DNA from: an uncultured Candidatus Entotheonella sp.
GTDB lineage: Bacteria; Tectomicrobia; Entotheonellia; Entotheonellales; Entotheonellaceae
Assembly: GCA_965215335.1 (NCBI GenBank)
Contig: CBDCDA010000001.1
Coordinates: forward strand, 1,312,001 to 1,376,000
Length of the DNA: 64,000 nt
Reading direction: 5' to 3'
The stretch's first letter is position 1, and every line of letters starts with the position of its first letter. The position numbers were made by a program, and so were the translations under genes. Below are positions 60,482 through 64,000 of the stretch, piece after piece. The notes below the pieces were generated by a model. The model made no database searches and had not been told where the DNA came from. It saw only the letters and a program-made list of their open reading frames with translations.

Positions 60482-60993
60482 GGGTTTCTTCCAGCACGCG
60501 GATGTCCGGCAGGTGGCGGTATTGCCCGTTGAAATCCATGCCGTAGCCGACGATGAACAGGTTGGGGATGGTGAAGCCGCGGTAGTCGATGGCAACGGCC
60601 ACCTGGCCGGCAGGCCGGTTTGTCCAGAAGGCAGCAGACGCGCAGGGAGGCAGGTCGCCGCTGCCGCAGGTAGTCGCACAGGAAGGCGAGGGAGTGGCCG
60701 CTGTCGATGATGTCCTCGACGAGCACCACGTCCCGTCCGGTGATGTCGGTGCGCAGTTCGTGAAAGAGCTCCATGCGACCGCTGCTGGCCGTGCTGCTGC
60801 CGTAACTGGACAGCCCCACGAAGCCGATCTCCACCGGCAAATCGAGTGCCCGCGCAAGATCGGCCAGGAACACAAAGGCGCCGTGCAGCACGCCGACCAG
60901 CACAGGCGGCCCGGTGGGGCGGTCGCGGCGCATCTCACCGGCCAGCCGCGCTACCGCCTCGGCAATGCGCTGGCGCGAAATCAGCACGGTCAT
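60438..60993 (-). pseudogene. hpt: Hypoxanthine phosphoribosyltransferase with a +1 frameshift near 60605
   Basis: VLHGAFVFLADL, SSYG, VEDIIDSG, LLDKP; then in another frame DYRGFTIPNLFIVGYGMD...YRHLP. Confidence 0.85.
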
Positions 60994-61006
60994 GAGCGGG
61001 TGGGTC

Positions 61007-61477
61007 TCAATTCGCCGCGATACGCATGATGATGTCCCACTCCTGCGGCGTCACCGGCTGCACCGACAGGCGGCTGCCCTTGCGGATCACCATCATCGCT
61101 TCTAGGCCGGGGATTTCCTTCAGCGCCGCCAGGGTGATGGGCGCCTTGAAGGTGCACACGTAACCGACGTCGACCATCAGCCAGATCGGCCGCGCCGGGT
61201 CACTCTTCGGGTCGTAATAGCGGCTGGTCGGGTCGAAGGCGGTATCGTCGGGATAGGCCGCGCGCACCACTTGGGCGACGCCGTAGATGCCCATGGGCTT
61301 GGCGTTGCTGTGGTAGAAGAGTACGCCGTCGCCAAGCCGCATGTCGTCGCGCATGAAATTGCGCGCCTGGTAGTTGCGCACCCCCTCCCAGGACGTCGAG
61401 CCGTCGCGTCGCAGGTCGTCGATGGCGTAGACGCCCGGTTCCGACTTCATCAGCCAATAGCGTTCTGTTTCGGCCAT
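61007..61477 (-). CDS. EVE-domain (thymocyte nuclear protein 1-like) protein
   Basis: YWLMKSEP, WEGVRNYQARNFMRD, FYHSN, RLSVQPV. Confidence 0.93.
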   Translation of the reverse strand: MAETERYWLMKSEPGVYAIDDLRRDGSTSWEGVRNYQARNFMRDDMRLGDGVLFYHSNAKPMGIYGVAQVVRAAYPDDTAFDPTSRYYDPKSDPARPIWLMVDVGYVCTFKAPITLAALKEIPGLEAMMVIRKGSRLSVQPVTPQEWDIIMRIAAN

Positions 61478-61481
61478 ACGA

Positions 61482-61513
61482 CCCCTCCCCAACCCCTCCC
61501 TCCAGGGGAGGGG
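61482..61513. repeat. Short palindromic REP-like repeat, related to 3380-3412
   Basis: cccctccccaacccctccctccaggggagggg. Confidence 0.55.
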
Positions 61514-61521
61514 CTTTCGGG

Positions 61522-61992
61522 CTACGCGGCCGAGGCGCTGCCGGCCCGCACGGCCTGCACGGCGTCGGCGATGCCAGCCACCTCCAGCACCATTTCCATG
61601 AGCGTCACCTGCTCCTCATACACCTCGGGCGACACTTGGCATTTGATCGCCTCCTCGGTGACGTGGTAGACGGGCAGCCCCAGCGACGTGCCGGCCAAGG
61701 CGCCGGCCCACGAGGGATCGCCCTCGGTCACCGTCAGGGCGTACAGGCGGCTGCTCTCGGCGGTCGGCGTGCCCAGCACCACCACCATGTCCTCGCGCGG
61801 GTATTGCTCGGCCACCCGCTTGATCTCCTCCTGACCTTCCAGGTCAAGGGCACCGGCGGCCGTTCAAACGAAACAGTGCGTCACCTCCAGCACCACCTCG
61901 GCGCCGGCGCTCGCCGTGCATTGCGCGATGGCGCTGCCCTGGATGCCGTCGCGCTCGCCCAGGGCAATGACCTTCTTGCCTTGCAGTTGCAT
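61522..61992 (-). CDS. grdA: Glycine/sarcosine/betaine reductase selenoprotein A (UGA at 61864-61866 = Sec)
   Basis: [13 protein letters not shown]...[19 protein letters not shown]...[22 protein letters not shown]: the CxxU motif of GrdA; the two ORF-track halves are in the same frame. Confidence 0.92.
61831..61847 (-). promoter_or_regulatory. Putative bacterial SECIS element (grdA)
   Basis: UGA-N16-UUGACCU GGA AGGUCAG. Confidence 0.75.
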
Positions 61993-62209
61993 GATGAATC
62001 CTTTCGGGATCGTTCGTTGGCATCTGGAACAATTCAAGGCTGATAAAGCGTCCGTGCTCAATATGGCCCGCGTCACCCCACCCCGGCGGATCAGCCCCGC
62101 AACGACCGATTTGTGGGATCTCGCGCGGCCTGATGCCATGTGTACTTCTGATGGGCTGTCGTCATTGCCATAAGGGTACAACTTGATTTAGAAGAAAAAA
62201 AGCTCTCGG

Positions 62210-62690
62210 CAACCGTTGCCGAGGCCATGGCGCAGCCCGGCGATACGATCAGGATTAGCAGCACGTGCAACGAGACCATGGTGGTGGACAAAGACGGCAT
62301 CAAACTGGACGGGGGGGAGGTCGGCGGTCATCGACAGCGACGGCGCCGACGCTTCGATAATCGCCGTCATCGGCCGTCAGAACGTGGTGATTCAAGGGGC
62401 TGACCGTCCAGGAGGGTCGGGAGGGGGTATCGGCGGACAGAGGGGCGGCCGTGTGGCTGGAGGATGTCACGGCCCGGGAGTAACGGCGAGGGCATTTCTA
62501 ATTTCTATCCGTAGCCGCTCCCTGGCCACGTTTGCTGGCACCATCATCAGTAGCGATAATACCTCTGGTGTTGGTACCAGGATTGGAATGCGTCAATCCA
62601 GTCTTGTGGCAGAAGATGTCACCTTGTTGCAAGTGAACGGAAATGCTGCGAGCGGCATTGCATTCAGCAGAGGGTCGCACCTCGTGTTAG
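62210..62690 (+). pseudogene. Decayed right-handed beta-helix (pectin-lyase-fold) protein fragment
   Basis: Across frameshifts: AQPGDTIRISSTCNE.MVVDKDGIKLDG..SAVID...NVVIQG LTV; cut by IS481. Boundaries approximate. Confidence 0.45.
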
Positions 62691-62691
62691 G

Positions 62692-63657
62692 TGTATGGTC
62701 CCGGGATTAGATGATATGGATTGATTTTGAATCTTTGCGGCTCCGATGTCCAGACCTTGCAGATGTATTCGTAGGGTGTAAGGCCCCGGAGGGTCTTGAG
62801 ACGCCGCGCGAAGTTGTAGGCCGACAGAAAATCATCCAGGTGGCTGCGTAGTCGGGCATGACTCTCGTCGTGGAAACGCTTGACGGTGGCCTCCTCGACC
62901 GTGCGGTTCATGTGCTCGGTCTGAGCGTTGGTCCAGGGATGGTTGGGCTGCGTCAGACGGTGCTCGATCCCATGTCGCCGACACACCCGCTCGAACAGGT
63001 GACCGCGCAAGCGCGCCGTGGCGCCGCCTCGGTTCCGGGCAAGATCGGCAAACTCGATGCCGTCGTCGGTCAGCACTGTATGGACCTGGCAGGGCACGGC
63101 TGCAACCAGGTCGTCCAGGAATGCTGCCGCGCCTTTCATGGCGGCGCGTTCCACCAGTCTGGCGAAGGCGAACTTCGAGGTCCGGTCGATGGCGATGAAC
63201 CGATGGAGTTTGCCCTCGGCGGTGCGCAGTTCGGCGATGTCGACATGGGAATAGCCGATAGGGCAGTGCTTGAAGCGCTTCCTTTCGGGTTTGTCGCCCT
63301 CTTTGAGTGGCAGGCGGCTGATGTCATGACGCCTCAGGCAGCGATGGAGTGACGAACGGGTGAGATGCGGGAGGGTCGGTTTGAGTGCATGGAGGCAGTC
63401 GTCGAGGGGCAGCAGGGTGTGGCAGCGGAAGGCCACGATGAGGGCTTCCTCGTCCTCGCCGAGAAGTGTCGAGCGCGGTTGTCCGGGTCCTGTCTTGTGG
63501 TCTTCGACGGTGTTTCGCTTTCGCCATTTTCGGATCGAAGGAGGCACTATGGGACAGGTACTTCACCGCAGCGCCACGACCACGCACGCCGCCAGAAAAG
63601 CAATACAGCGATCGAAAGCTTCGCTCAAGAAACTGAGCCAAATCTACGGCATCAACC
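62692..63657 (-). mobile_element. Second IS481-family copy, degenerate, with its 5' ~125 bp inverted
   Basis: End TGTATGGTCCCGGGATTA; 62692-63535 is the reverse complement of copy 1; 63534-63657 (RBS, ATG, first ~35 codons) is on the + strand. Confidence 0.85.
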
Positions 63658-63662
63658 CTGAG

Positions 63663-64000
63663 TTCGACTTTGTACAAAGTTGGCCAAGTCAGTGCGTGTA
63701 ACAGGCCGATTGCATCAAGCCCTGCAGATAGAGCCGAGAGATTTCTGCCCACTCGATGTCGGGCGTTGATGTTGAAAAATACTCGACCTGCCACAGATGT
63801 TGCGGCACCGCTGCCAAAGCATCGCTGAACGTTGCCTGCTGCTTGGCATGCGAGGCACTCTTTCGTACCGTCAGGCGACCCTCCAGATACAGGTCATGAG
63901 CCAACAGCGCCACCAGCGAATACAAGCCCAGCAGACACGGCGTCGTGCGGTCAATCGCCAAGTCCGACCTCTGGCGCTGCGTCTCGAAGCCCAGATGGGC
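63663..64000 (-). mobile_element. Right end of a second IS701-like element (continues beyond the window)
   Basis: TIR TTCGACTTTGTACAAA; C-terminal ...TFSDALAAV...LMQSACYTH homologous to 55946-56251. Confidence 0.82.

Noticed and set aside
1..64000. CRISPR array, tRNA or rRNA genes
   Set aside because: No regularly spaced repeats or cloverleaf/rRNA-like sequence seen by eye; a tRNAscan-SE, Infernal or CRISPR-finder run would be needed to exclude them formally

Overview
64 kb of a GC-rich bacterial chromosome heavily scarred by insertion sequences. No rRNA, tRNA or CRISPR array was seen, and the taxon cannot be fixed from this window alone. The housekeeping backbone includes an Ldh_2 oxidoreductase, mutY, an acetoin/pyruvate dehydrogenase E1a-E1b-E2 operon, nfeD-slipin, a CoA transferase, slyD, a heavy-metal RND pump, LPS glycosyltransferases, a CopD/SCO copper module, a penicillin acylase, hpt and an EVE protein. 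Four highlights. (1) A ~13 kb integrase-free defence island (9867-22928) bracketed by a 135-bp direct repeat of the 3' end of its own cysteine desulfurase. It encodes an SspABCD-like DNA phosphorothioation core coupled to a non-canonical module of GIY-YIG nuclease, DGQHR/DndB protein, SF2 helicase, MORC/GHKL ATPase and PLD nuclease. (2) Two hidden selenoprotein genes (a rhodanese and GrdA), split by the ORF caller, share the same SECIS-like hairpin exactly 16 nt after UGA, with a compensatory base-pair swap. (3) A free-standing ~160-nt transcript with a consensus promoter, an 18-nt perfect complement to the 16S rRNA 3' end, an 11-codon ORF, stems and a terminator. (4) A nested IS pile-up in which a decayed IS5 supplies the RBS and start codon of a glycosyltransferase carrying a C12 tract. 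All protein calls come from motif recognition by eye, not from database searches.
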